Shown piece after piece: positions 1 to 8,859 of a stretch of DNA of 17,720 nt. Every line of letters begins with the position of its first letter. Position 1 is the first letter of the stretch. A program made the position numbers and the translations under genes. The DNA comes from Desulfurococcaceae archaeon (GTDB lineage Archaea > Thermoproteota > Thermoprotei_A > Sulfolobales > Desulfurococcaceae), in the NCBI GenBank assembly GCA_038888155.1, contig JAWAJB010000017.1:1-17720 (forward strand), written 5' to 3'. Under the pieces are notes generated by a model. It was not told the DNA's origin. It saw only the letters and a list, made by a program, of their open reading frames with translations, and did no database searches.

Positions 1-144
1 GGGAAGGCAATATTCTACGGGATATTGGAAGCTATGAGTAAAGCGGGGGAACTACTCTTAGACTTGTCGAAAAACCTATCTAGGATAATCACCCTGGGCA
101 TACAGTACATGAACCTACCATTACTCTACAGAATACACGGATAA
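1..144 (+). CDS. 3' end of an upstream gene (partial), function unknown
   Basis: Frame 1 is open from base 1 to TAA at 142-144 (GKAIFYGILEAMSKAGELLLDLSKNLSRIITLGIQYMNLPLLYRIHG*). Codon style (CTA/ATA/TAC) matches the next gene. Confidence 0.6.
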   Translation, partial: GKAIFYGILEAMSKAGELLLDLSKNLSRIITLGIQYMNLPLLYRIHG

Positions 145-184
145 CTAGTCAGCTACGTGTCAGAATGTGTAAGACCACAAAACC

Positions 185-1309
185 GTGATTAACACACTAG
201 AGGCACTCGGGCTTGTACTAGCACTATTACACTTCACGATTCCACTAGCGTACTACACGTACGCTAAGCTGGTATGGTTTAAGAAACCGTGGAACCTCAG
301 TGTAGACGAGAACTACAAGCCCAAGGTAACAGTAATCATACCCACCTACAACGAGGCAAAGTTCATAAAGAAGAAGCTAGACAACATCTACGAGCAGGAT
401 TACCCTAAGGAACTGATGGAAATAATAGTGGTGGACTCAGCCAGCACAGACGGTACCCCGAGACTAGTTGAAGAATGGGCTAGGGAACACCCCGAGGTCT
501 CCATAAGGCTTTTGGAAGAGCCGATTAGAAGAGGCATGAACCCCGCTCTTAATTACGCCCTAAAGCATTTGCCTAGTGATACAGAGATCGTTGTATTTAC
601 GGACGCGGATTCCTTCTGGCCATCACGGGCTTTAAAAGAAATTGTGAAGTACTTTGCTGACCCGGTTGTTGGCGCAGTAACAGCGAGTATTTTATCCGGT
701 GATAGTGAAGGTAATGATGTGATAGAAGAGAACATATACCGTGGACACTATAATATACTTCGAGTAAGCGAGTCTAAGCGACATAGCACACCAATTCATA
801 ATGGAGCACTCATAGCCTATAGATTAAGTCTTATTCAAAGGATCGGTGGTATACCGGAGTTTACAGGGAATAACGATAGTACACCTGCATCAATAATAGC
901 ATTTATGGGCTTCCGGTCAATACAGGTCGACGATGTCGTTGTTTGGGAGCCAGTAAATAGAAACCAATTTCGTAGAAGAGTTCGAAGAGCGCAGCATTTA
1001 TTGCTGAGTTTTCTTAAGGCGAAGCAATACGCTAGAAGCCTTGGTGTTTATACTAAGTCACCGTTCAACAGCATTTGGAGAATAGAATGGTATTTACACG
1101 TAGTAAACCCATGGCTCTTAGTATTAGGTTTGTTACTTCTCATGTTCAACTTCGTAGTCTATGGTTCTTTGATAGCGTTAATATTAATTGGGGTAGGTTT
1201 GGCGCTAATAGCACTAAGAGTTTATAGGACATGGATACTAGCACAGATAGCTCTCATCGTAGCAGCGGTAAGGAGTATATGGACTAAAGACATTATGTGG
1301 AGTAAGTAA
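185..1309 (+). CDS. Membrane-bound family 2 glycosyltransferase (cellulose synthase/IcaA-like architecture)
   Basis: N-terminal TM helix; VTVIIPTYNE; VVDSASTDGT; DxD motif (FTDAD); HNGALIAYR; basic QFRRRVRRA where processive GT2s have QxxRW; C-terminal TM helices. Confidence 0.92.
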   Translation: MINTLEALGLVLALLHFTIPLAYYTYAKLVWFKKPWNLSVDENYKPKVTVIIPTYNEAKFIKKKLDNIYEQDYPKELMEIIVVDSASTDGTPRLVEEWAREHPEVSIRLLEEPIRRGMNPALNYALKHLPSDTEIVVFTDADSFWPSRALKEIVKYFADPVVGAVTASILSGDSEGNDVIEENIYRGHYNILRVSESKRHSTPIHNGALIAYRLSLIQRIGGIPEFTGNNDSTPASIIAFMGFRSIQVDDVVVWEPVNRNQFRRRVRRAQHLLLSFLKAKQYARSLGVYTKSPFNSIWRIEWYLHVVNPWLLVLGLLLLMFNFVVYGSLIALILIGVGLALIALRVYRTWILAQIALIVAAVRSIWTKDIMWSK

Positions 1310-1386
1310 TTTGTGAAGAGCACTACAGTTTAAAGACCTCGATCTCGGCTAGTAAGAAGGATAGTTATTATTGAGACTGTACAACA

Positions 1387-2490
1387 TTGAAGTTGCTCTT
1401 CGTATCGCCGCGCTACCATCCCCACATTGGAGGCGTAGAGTACGTTGTTAAATCGGTAGCTGAGAGGCTTGCACTGAGAGGACACGGGGTCACAGTGCTC
1501 TGCGGTGAACCAGGCATTGGTGAACCCAGGGAGGAGTGGATTAACGGTGTTCACGTGGTTAAATGGCCTGTATGGGCTCCAGGTGGTGCTTACCACTTCC
1601 CAAGAATGAGGAGTGCTCTCGAGCAATGGCTTCTCAACACAGCTAGAGAGAGCGATGTAGTGCACTTTCACAGTGTTCACAGCGTGTTCACGGTGTATTC
1701 TCTCAGTGTTTTGAGAAATAGTGGTGTACACAGGGTTTTAACCCCCCATTACCATGGTACTGGGCACACTTTCTTTAGGAGAACCCTGTGGATACTCTGG
1801 AGAAGGTACGTTAGGAGAGCGTTAGCGAGCGTTGATGTTGTTCACTCGGTTTCAAGCTATGAGAAGCAGCTACTAGCAAGGGACTTCGGTGTTAAACCCG
1901 TTGTTGTAGAGCATGGTGTTGAGGAGTGGATTCTAGAGGTGCCTTGGAATCCCTCAGGCTACGCTATGTACAGTGGAAGAATCGAGAAGTACAAAAACGT
2001 CCATAGGCTAGCGAACATCGTAAAGCACTTAAACGAAATGGGTTTAAACCTAGAGCTGAAGATCTTCGGTGAAGGAAGCTTCAAGCATAAGCTCAAGCAC
2101 TACCTCGACAAACTCGGAGTCAACTACGAGCTTAAACCACCACAACGCTACGATGAGTACATAAACTACCTTTCAAGAGCCAGCCTCTTCGGACTACTCT
2201 CAGAGAGGGAAGCCTTTGGGCAAACAGTAAACGAAGCGAACGCTATAGGTGTACCCGTGGTAATCGCTGAACCCTGGGGATTGAACTTCAGGGAGAGAAC
2301 CAGGACCTTGATAGTAAATCTAAGCATGAGTGATGAGGAAATAGCCAGGAGGGTAGCAGCTTTCCTGGATGAAGCCAGGAAGCAACCCAAACCCAAGGTT
2401 CCAAGCTGGAGCCAAATAGTAGACCTCTACATTAGAATTCTGTATGGACGGGTCTACCTCGAAGAGCTCCTAAAGCGCTTAATCGATTGA
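1387..2490 (+). CDS. Family 4 glycosyltransferase (GT-B)
   Basis: MKLLFVSPRYHPHIGGVE N-terminus; DVVHFH; YSGRIEKYKN; ExFGxxxxEA motif (EAFGQTVNEA). TTG start. Confidence 0.93.
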   Translation: MKLLFVSPRYHPHIGGVEYVVKSVAERLALRGHGVTVLCGEPGIGEPREEWINGVHVVKWPVWAPGGAYHFPRMRSALEQWLLNTARESDVVHFHSVHSVFTVYSLSVLRNSGVHRVLTPHYHGTGHTFFRRTLWILWRRYVRRALASVDVVHSVSSYEKQLLARDFGVKPVVVEHGVEEWILEVPWNPSGYAMYSGRIEKYKNVHRLANIVKHLNEMGLNLELKIFGEGSFKHKLKHYLDKLGVNYELKPPQRYDEYINYLSRASLFGLLSEREAFGQTVNEANAIGVPVVIAEPWGLNFRERTRTLIVNLSMSDEEIARRVAAFLDEARKQPKPKVPSWSQIVDLYIRILYGRVYLEELLKRLID

Positions 2491-2494
2491 GAGG

Positions 2495-2785
2495 TCGTTC
2501 TAAACACTTCTCCCACATAAATGAGTCTATTAAGAAGGAGGTTGTAGAGCTCCTCAAGAGGTGTAGGTTTATGGTTTGGTTTTAGAAGCTCATTACTCCG
2601 AGGTAAACGACTTAACCAATGTGGACGCTGAACCCGGATCGCACGTGAAGCTCAGGTCGTACCGAGACCTACTGAAGCTCATTGCGAGAAGACTCACGAA
2701 GCTAAACATGCTGAGAGCTCTAGTATACCTCTTGGTCAAAGCCATACCCAGCTTGAAAATGCTAATGCCGGTCATTGCCGAGTAG
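2495..2785 (+). pseudogene. Degraded gene remnant, possibly the C-terminal part of a class I SAM methyltransferase
   Basis: HFSHINESIKKEVVELLKRCRF in one frame continues after a shift as YGLVLEAHYSEVND... (the 2576 ORF frame). It loosely resembles the 'SHI...E+KR' region of methyltransferases. No start context. Confidence 0.25.
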
Positions 2786-2889
2786 AGGAACTACATGCGG
2801 ACAGCTCATGTAAGCTCATTATCCTATTATTAATGGTATAGAAAGAAGTTAGCGGAAAAGCGACAAACGCTCGATGGAGTGTTGATGAT

Positions 2890-3327
2890 TTGACTAGAAA
2901 AGGTTTAGTCATCCTCATTCCAAGCTATGACAGGACGGAAGTGCTCAACAAATCATCGGGTAGTTGGCTTAAATCGAATCTAGTGGATAAGGTATTACTT
3001 ATAGTCGAGGCTTCATCCGAAGAAATGCTCGAGAAATACCAAGGAGCTCTTGAAAAATATGATAAAGGTAGAATCATTTACAAGTCTTCGCCTGGAAGGC
3101 TCGGATCTGTTAGAGCAAGAAACGCTCTCTTAAAAATGGCTGCAAAACAAGCTTTCAAGTACGTAGTGTTGACTGATGATGACTACGTATTATTTCACGA
3201 GAGTTCGCTGCTGAGAATGACCGAAACCAAATGGTTGGACCTCCTTAACGATGGTTTCGAAGGTAAGAGGAAACTGAAAAACATGGAAGAAGGTAGCGTC
3301 TACACTAACAAACTTTTATGTTTGTGA
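2890..3327 (+). pseudogene. Truncated family 2 glycosyltransferase (N-terminal nucleotide-sugar-binding half only)
   Basis: LVILIPSYDR, GSVRARNALL and YVVLTDDD (DxD) are GT2 motifs. Similarity ends about 12 residues after DDD (~3220), the acceptor half is absent, and the ORF is only 145 aa. Confidence 0.75.
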
Positions 3328-3407
3328 AAGAAACGTGCCAAGTGGTCAACATTCACATCAAAGACCTTTACACTAAAGACTAAGCAAGAGAAGGTTTTTT
3401 ATCGTAG

Positions 3408-5036
3408 ATGAACAAGCTTTGGCAACTTCCACACTCAATAAACTTGTTGAAGAGCATGATAGCCAGGACGCTGACGGCTGGCGAGCCTATTATGCCCACA
3501 TTTGTAGCAGTTTTTCTTTCGCTGTTTCTGCTCATTGTAAGTTTAAGTTCATTAGCTCTCAGCACCGATACAGCTATTCAGACTTACGTACTTATACCAA
3601 TACTTCTTATAATTTCATTCTTAATTTCAAATAAGGTAAGGAACTCGACGACCCTTGTTTTGCTATTGGTAATTTCTTTGTTCCTTCACTTACTATCGCT
3701 TTACCTACTTCTTCCTGTGGGATGGCATCCGGATCAGAGAACTTATTTCGTGAACCTTATAAAAACCGCTGGTAGGATTGAAGCTCTTGAAGAATATTCT
3801 TTTGAGGGATTATACTACACGCGATATCCAGTGCCTTGGCTAACAGCCTCTTTCATTAGTATTGTATCAGCAATAGATTCTCGAACTTCATGGTTAATTA
3901 AAGGGTTGGGAGTATACCTTTGTTTTATTTTATTCTTAATGCTCGTCTGCTTTCGCCTCCTTAAAGCGAATTCTTTAAAGAGTATGGCTTGGTTTACAAT
4001 AGTAATGATAACCACGATTTACTCGCATAGGCCATTCCAAGATATATTAGCCAGCTCTGTTGGCATGTTCTCATTAGTTATGACATTTTATTTATATATG
4101 TTAAGGAAAAGGTTTACACCAATACTGCTTTCACTTGCAATTCCGCTATTTATTTCTCACGGCTTATCTATATATTTCGCAACATTATATCTTTTGCTAT
4201 TAGCCATATCCAGCATTATAACTTCTAAGCCGAAGGAAGAGATTCAACGAGCAGTTGATTTTGCGATAATAATTTTTGTGGGGACCTGGCTTTACCAGAC
4301 AGGAGTTGGTTTGATTGATTTGATATCGAGAGAAATACCCATTAGATGGGAGCAGATATTGGGAGCGCTAGCTTCACCGTGGTTTGAAAGACCTACAACT
4401 CAGTCGGTTATAGAGTGGGAATTACGCATTACGCGATGGATGGACTATATAATTACTTTTTCAGCCTATTCTCTTCCGGCTATTATTAGCATGATGGGAA
4501 CACTCTATTTCCTTTATGGTTTTATAAGTACGCGAAATAGGTCAAACACAACATTGTTGCTCTTTTCAGTTACGTGCTCACTTATGTTTCTCGTCTCAGG
4601 CATATTTGCATGGAAGGGGATAGAAAATGCTATATCTCGCTACTTGTATGTTTATGCTTCACCTGTTTCGATTTTGATTAATACATCGTTACTACACCTT
4701 ATAACAATGCATAGATCGTCTCGCAGAAAAATCGTAATATCTACTATGTTTTTCATAATTGGAGTACTTGTTTTAACCGAAAGCTTTTATACACCATATG
4801 CTTCAATCCTATACTTACCTGACAAGGAAAAGTTTGAACAGCTTTACCGATCCTACTATGGTCCATCTATGTTTAATTTAAATTTAGCAAATACTTATGC
4901 TTCTGAAATTGTTGTAAGAGCCTTACAAAAAGAAGTCTTTACATGCTCGTTAGAGGCGTGTGAAGAATACTGCATCATATATACTAATGGCCTGGTTACT
5001 CTTGCACATAAGATTTGTACTAGGCGCACGCGGTAA
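3408..5036 (+). CDS. Polytopic membrane protein, GT-C-like (candidate glycan polymerase/ligase or lipid-linked sugar transferase)
   Basis: About a dozen or more hydrophobic segments. Loop after the first helices has WHPD and YYTRYP, there is a late-loop Arg (ISRYLY), and a C-terminal IIYTNG. The true start may be a downstream Met (MIAR or MPTF). Confidence 0.7.
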   Translation: MNKLWQLPHSINLLKSMIARTLTAGEPIMPTFVAVFLSLFLLIVSLSSLALSTDTAIQTYVLIPILLIISFLISNKVRNSTTLVLLLVISLFLHLLSLYLLLPVGWHPDQRTYFVNLIKTAGRIEALEEYSFEGLYYTRYPVPWLTASFISIVSAIDSRTSWLIKGLGVYLCFILFLMLVCFRLLKANSLKSMAWFTIVMITTIYSHRPFQDILASSVGMFSLVMTFYLYMLRKRFTPILLSLAIPLFISHGLSIYFATLYLLLLAISSIITSKPKEEIQRAVDFAIIIFVGTWLYQTGVGLIDLISREIPIRWEQILGALASPWFERPTTQSVIEWELRITRWMDYIITFSAYSLPAIISMMGTLYFLYGFISTRNRSNTTLLLFSVTCSLMFLVSGIFAWKGIENAISRYLYVYASPVSILINTSLLHLITMHRSSRRKIVISTMFFIIGVLVLTESFYTPYASILYLPDKEKFEQLYRSYYGPSMFNLNLANTYASEIVVRALQKEVFTCSLEACEEYCIIYTNGLVTLAHKICTRRTR

Positions 5037-5444
5037 GATTTAAGCTACAATGAGAAACTAGAGGAATATGAGAGGAGGCTAAAACTACACACTTTTGACT
5101 AGAGCTGAATAATAGACCCCTACGTTGGGGCGCTTAACAGCTGATTGGAGCGTTAAGCATAAGTGGACTAGATGGCTAGAGCTTGCGTTAACGTATCGCC
5201 AGCCAAGCATCTTCCACAGGATAAGCTATTCGGACTTTTCTCCTTAGCAGAAGTAGTTTGTCAAAAGTCATGCCAGCTATGAGAAAGACTTTGTTCGGAA
5301 TGCTATATGTTAGTGGGATAGATGAAGCATTGCGTGAAGTGTCAGCATTCATGTATGGTGGACAGGAGACTAAGACTATTGTGTTACGTTACGCGGATAC
5401 CGTAGACTTAAATCGAGCATGGCCTAAGATGTAAATGCTTTACC

Positions 5445-5478
5445 TAAATTAAATATAAACAATTAAATTAAATATAAA
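5445..5478 (+). promoter_or_regulatory. Duplicated AT-rich TATA-like element upstream of GT4 at 5495
   Basis: TAAATTAAATATAAA occurs at 5445-5459 and 5464-5478. The second copy puts TTAAATA about 27-21 nt before the ATG. No SD is present, consistent with a leaderless transcript. Confidence 0.55.
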
Positions 5479-5494
5479 TAATATAGTGTAGTTT

Positions 5495-6679
5495 ATGAAA
5501 GTAATGTTAATTACTTTTGAGTATCCGCCAAACATATCTGGAGGTATAGGGTCTTTCAACTACGAGCTTGCTAAAGGGTTTTCTAGGAATAATGTAGATG
5601 TTGTAGTAGTTGCTGGAGGCGATAGTGACTTTATACTCAAGGGTCGTAGAATTAAGGTGTACTTCTTAAAGACTCCTATGTTAAGACCTAGAGAATTCTA
5701 CTTCCAAATTTATAATGCTAAAAGAATAGCTGATATAGTAGAGAAAGAGAAACCAAATATTATACAGTTAAACAGTAGCTTCAACCCGTTTCTAAAGATA
5801 TTGAAGAGAAGGAGAAGCCTAAACTCTGCTATTGTTCAGGTACTCCACGGATCTCCAGGCCCATTCTCAAGGCTCTATGAGGACTTAAGGAACCTATTTG
5901 TGTACGATGTGATATGGACTTTAGCGCTTCACGTTCACACTCATTTGGGTAAATACATTGCAGATTCTTTAGAATACATTGATGCGGTTGTCCACGTAGC
6001 AAAGCATGTGATGTATTACAATCTAAGGCATTCCGAGGTGAGCGAAAAACTGAGAGAAAAGATAAACGTTGTTATATATCCAGGTATAGACACGGATTAC
6101 CTCGAACGGTTAAGACGTAAAACTTCATTAAAAAAGCCAAAATCGTTAATCTTTGGTGCAAGACTTGTCCCATATAAAGGAGTAAAATATTTGTTGGAGG
6201 CATTTAAGTTGGCGTGGAAGGAGGATAAGGAGATAAGCCTACATATATGTGGCGATGGACCTTTAAGACTACAGGTATTGCGAGTGATCAAAAGTATGCA
6301 ACATCAAGGAATATTCAACATTTATTATCACGGTAAACTCGAGCGAGAAGTCTTCCTAAAGGCCATAGCCAGAAGCCATGTATTAGTGCACCCCAGTCTT
6401 TACGAAGCTGTGGGTCTAGTTTTAATAGAATCTTCTTTACTGGGGACTCCCGTGCTTGCTCATAAGGCTCCTTACTCTGAGGAATTCGTTGAGAAACTAA
6501 ATATTGGCGTAACTGTTAATGTAAAGGATGTTGAGAGATTCGCTAGCGCCATGATATCCGTGTTATATGAAGAGGAATTAGCGTACAAAATAGCAAAATC
6601 TTTGAAGAGAATACGTAAGCTCTTTAACATAAATGAGGTAGTAAGAAAGTACATGGAATTGTACAGAAGACTTGTTTGA
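5495..6679 (+). CDS. Family 4 glycosyltransferase (GT-B)
   Basis: MKVMLITFEYPPNISGGIG; VIYPGID; FGARLVPYKG; ICGDGP; HPSLYEAVGLVLIES (Ex7E). Confidence 0.95.
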   Translation: MKVMLITFEYPPNISGGIGSFNYELAKGFSRNNVDVVVVAGGDSDFILKGRRIKVYFLKTPMLRPREFYFQIYNAKRIADIVEKEKPNIIQLNSSFNPFLKILKRRRSLNSAIVQVLHGSPGPFSRLYEDLRNLFVYDVIWTLALHVHTHLGKYIADSLEYIDAVVHVAKHVMYYNLRHSEVSEKLREKINVVIYPGIDTDYLERLRRKTSLKKPKSLIFGARLVPYKGVKYLLEAFKLAWKEDKEISLHICGDGPLRLQVLRVIKSMQHQGIFNIYYHGKLEREVFLKAIARSHVLVHPSLYEAVGLVLIESSLLGTPVLAHKAPYSEEFVEKLNIGVTVNVKDVERFASAMISVLYEEELAYKIAKSLKRIRKLFNINEVVRKYMELYRRLV

Positions 6680-6714
6680 TGCGGAATTCTGCAATAGTCT
6701 AAAGGATTTGCACG

Positions 6715-7893
6715 ATGAGCAAGACTGTCGCGTTCTTTGCAACAAGCATACATAAACCAGGTGGAGCTGGATATGTTGAAAGACAAATAGTGAAAGCGCT
6801 TATGGACCTTAATTATGAGACTTACTTAATTTTGCCAAATACAGTAGCGATGGAAAAAATTGAAAAGTCGGAAGAATTAAGAGAATTATTAAGTAGTAGA
6901 AATGTGCATATAATTGCTAATAGAAATCCACTTAGTTATGACAAAATGAACTTGTTTTTACGACAATTTGAACATCTATTGAGACACCCCGATATAAAGT
7001 CTTCAAGACCAGACATAGTATGGTTTATGTCTTCTCTACCTCGTTTAGTGGTACGGGAAATGCGGTCATCTAGGATTTATGTTTACTACCACATGCTAAC
7101 ACCATGGTATTATGAAATTCGAGGTTACTATAGGAGGTACAGCTGGTATGACTTATCAATGCTTTACTTAGCTATGAATATGGCTATGAACAAGATTCTT
7201 ACCTATGATGAGAACCCTTTTCTTGTCGCGTACAAAGTGCTAGTTAACTCCAGTTACATGCGATTGCTAGCTGAGAGATATTGGAAGAAAAAAGTACATG
7301 TACTTAGTCCTCCTGTACATCTCAACAAGCTAGGTGGCTTTGTAAGTGGACGAAGCGGTAGGTTTGACTATGTGTTATGTTTTGGAAGAATAAGTCCGGA
7401 AAAGAGGTATGAAGATACACTTAAAGCTGTAGCGATGACTAAGACAAAACCTAAAGTTGTAATTGCTGGAAGCGTTGAGGGAAAAAGTAGCATTCAGTAT
7501 TTGAAGCATCTTCTGCGAATCGCCAAGCTCCTTGGCATAAGAGTAGAGGTTATACCCAACGTTAGTGAAAAAAATAAATGGGAATTATTTTCAAAAGCTA
7601 TGATTTACGTTCACAGTGCTCGTGCAGAGCACTTTGGAGTATCGGTTGTAGAAGCTATGGCGGTAGGCACACCCGTTATCGTTCATAGATCTGGGGAACC
7701 GTACTTCGGTATTACCAGCAGAGGGCGCCATGGTCTTGTATATAACACATTAGAGGACCTTGCTGAAAATATTGATAAGTTGTTCACTGATGAATATTTA
7801 TGGCTAAGGTTTCATAGTTTAGCAATCAAGAGAGCACGCGATTATGATTACGCGGTATTCGTTAGCGAGCTGAAGAAACTATTGGAGGACTGA
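6715..7893 (+). CDS. Family 4 glycosyltransferase, ALG11-like subgroup
   Basis: GGAG N-terminal loop; VLVNSSY; VLSPPV; FGRISPEKR; EHFGVSVVEAMAVG; VHRSG. These motifs are typical of ALG11-type alpha-mannosyltransferase homologues. Confidence 0.92.
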   Translation: MSKTVAFFATSIHKPGGAGYVERQIVKALMDLNYETYLILPNTVAMEKIEKSEELRELLSSRNVHIIANRNPLSYDKMNLFLRQFEHLLRHPDIKSSRPDIVWFMSSLPRLVVREMRSSRIYVYYHMLTPWYYEIRGYYRRYSWYDLSMLYLAMNMAMNKILTYDENPFLVAYKVLVNSSYMRLLAERYWKKKVHVLSPPVHLNKLGGFVSGRSGRFDYVLCFGRISPEKRYEDTLKAVAMTKTKPKVVIAGSVEGKSSIQYLKHLLRIAKLLGIRVEVIPNVSEKNKWELFSKAMIYVHSARAEHFGVSVVEAMAVGTPVIVHRSGEPYFGITSRGRHGLVYNTLEDLAENIDKLFTDEYLWLRFHSLAIKRARDYDYAVFVSELKKLLED

Positions 7894-7894
7894 G

Positions 7895-8291
7895 ATGTTT
7901 TTCAAATTTGAGAGGAAGGTTAGAAGGTTGATTGATTTACTGCTTGAACATAGAAATGTTTATAATGTGTTTAAATCGATATACGATTACTACATGATAA
8001 ATTATAAAACTCAAGTGCTAAAAGATCTTTTGTTTCTAACTTTACCTAATGGCTTAAAGATAATAATATTCAATAGGTTACTATTCCGTAAGCTTTTCAT
8101 CCCGTTTTTAACGAAATATTCATTCAAAAATATATGAAAAGCATCCAATGTTTGTTCCTAAACCTACTGACATAGTTTTAGATTTGGGGGCATTCATAGG
8201 TCTCTACACATTAAAACATCATCGCGCTCAAAAGGTTTACTAAATAGAGGCGCTTCCAACGTCATATGTTTTGCTGAAAACTAATGTAGAA
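7895..8291 (+). pseudogene. FkbM-family methyltransferase, N-terminal half (two frameshifts, one stop, C-terminus deleted)
   Basis: GGAGG SD before ATG 7895. After -1 shifts near 8092-8110 and 8126-8130 it reads FNEIFIQK/YEKHPMFVPKPTDIVLDLGAFIGLYTLKHHRAQKVY*IEALPTSYVLLKTNVE. SAM motif DLGAFIG at 8181-8201; TAA at 8241. Confidence 0.88.
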
Positions 8292-8654
8292 CATCATCCA
8301 AATGCGCCCGCGAGCAAGGTTCTAGAGATAATGAGGAAAGGTATGATATACCTGCACACAATGCCTTACGGGTACTTCGGTATAGCTGTAGTTGAGGCTA
8401 TGTCTCAAGGGTTGGTTCCTGTAGTTCATCGTAGTGGAGGTCCATGGAGAGACGTATTAGAATGTAGTGAAGGATTGTACGGGTATAGCTATGTTTCACC
8501 TGAGATGGCATCGTCAAAGATTAGGGTCCTAGTAAATGATAGAACATTGTATACGCGAATTGCCGTAAATGCCATTAAGAAAAGCACTAGGTTTACCTTA
8601 GAGGAGTTTAAGAAAGAATTTAGCAAGTTACTTGTAGGATTACTGAACGAGTAA
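8283..8654 (+). pseudogene. C-terminal fragment of an ALG11-like GT4, fused in frame to the FkbM relic
   Basis: NVEHHPNAPASKVLEIMRKGMIYLHTMPYGYFGIAVVEAMSQGLVPVVHRSGGP aligns without gaps to RVEVIPNVSEKNKWELFSKAMIYVHSARAEHFGVSVVEAMAVGTPVIVHRSGEP of the 6715 gene. The first Glu of Ex7E is replaced by Gly. Confidence 0.88.
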
Positions 8655-8859
8655 CTCGCTAAATGAACATAAGTGATAAAGCATAGTTGCACTATTATGA
8701 AGAGCCTTTCAATATCTAATAATTAGTGCTTCATGCTTGCAGAGAATATGGTACTTTGATAGTCTCGCCAGATAGGATGAAAGGTATTGAAGGGGATTGG
8801 CTATAAAATCAAGTTATTGCCAGATCTTTGGGAGAAAAAGGGTACATTATTGGTGAAGC

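Noticed and set aside
5037-5440. Spacer with short inverted repeats (GCTTAAC/GTTAAGC at 5132-5158) as a MITE or IS end
   Set aside because: No terminal repeats with target duplication and no second copy in the window.
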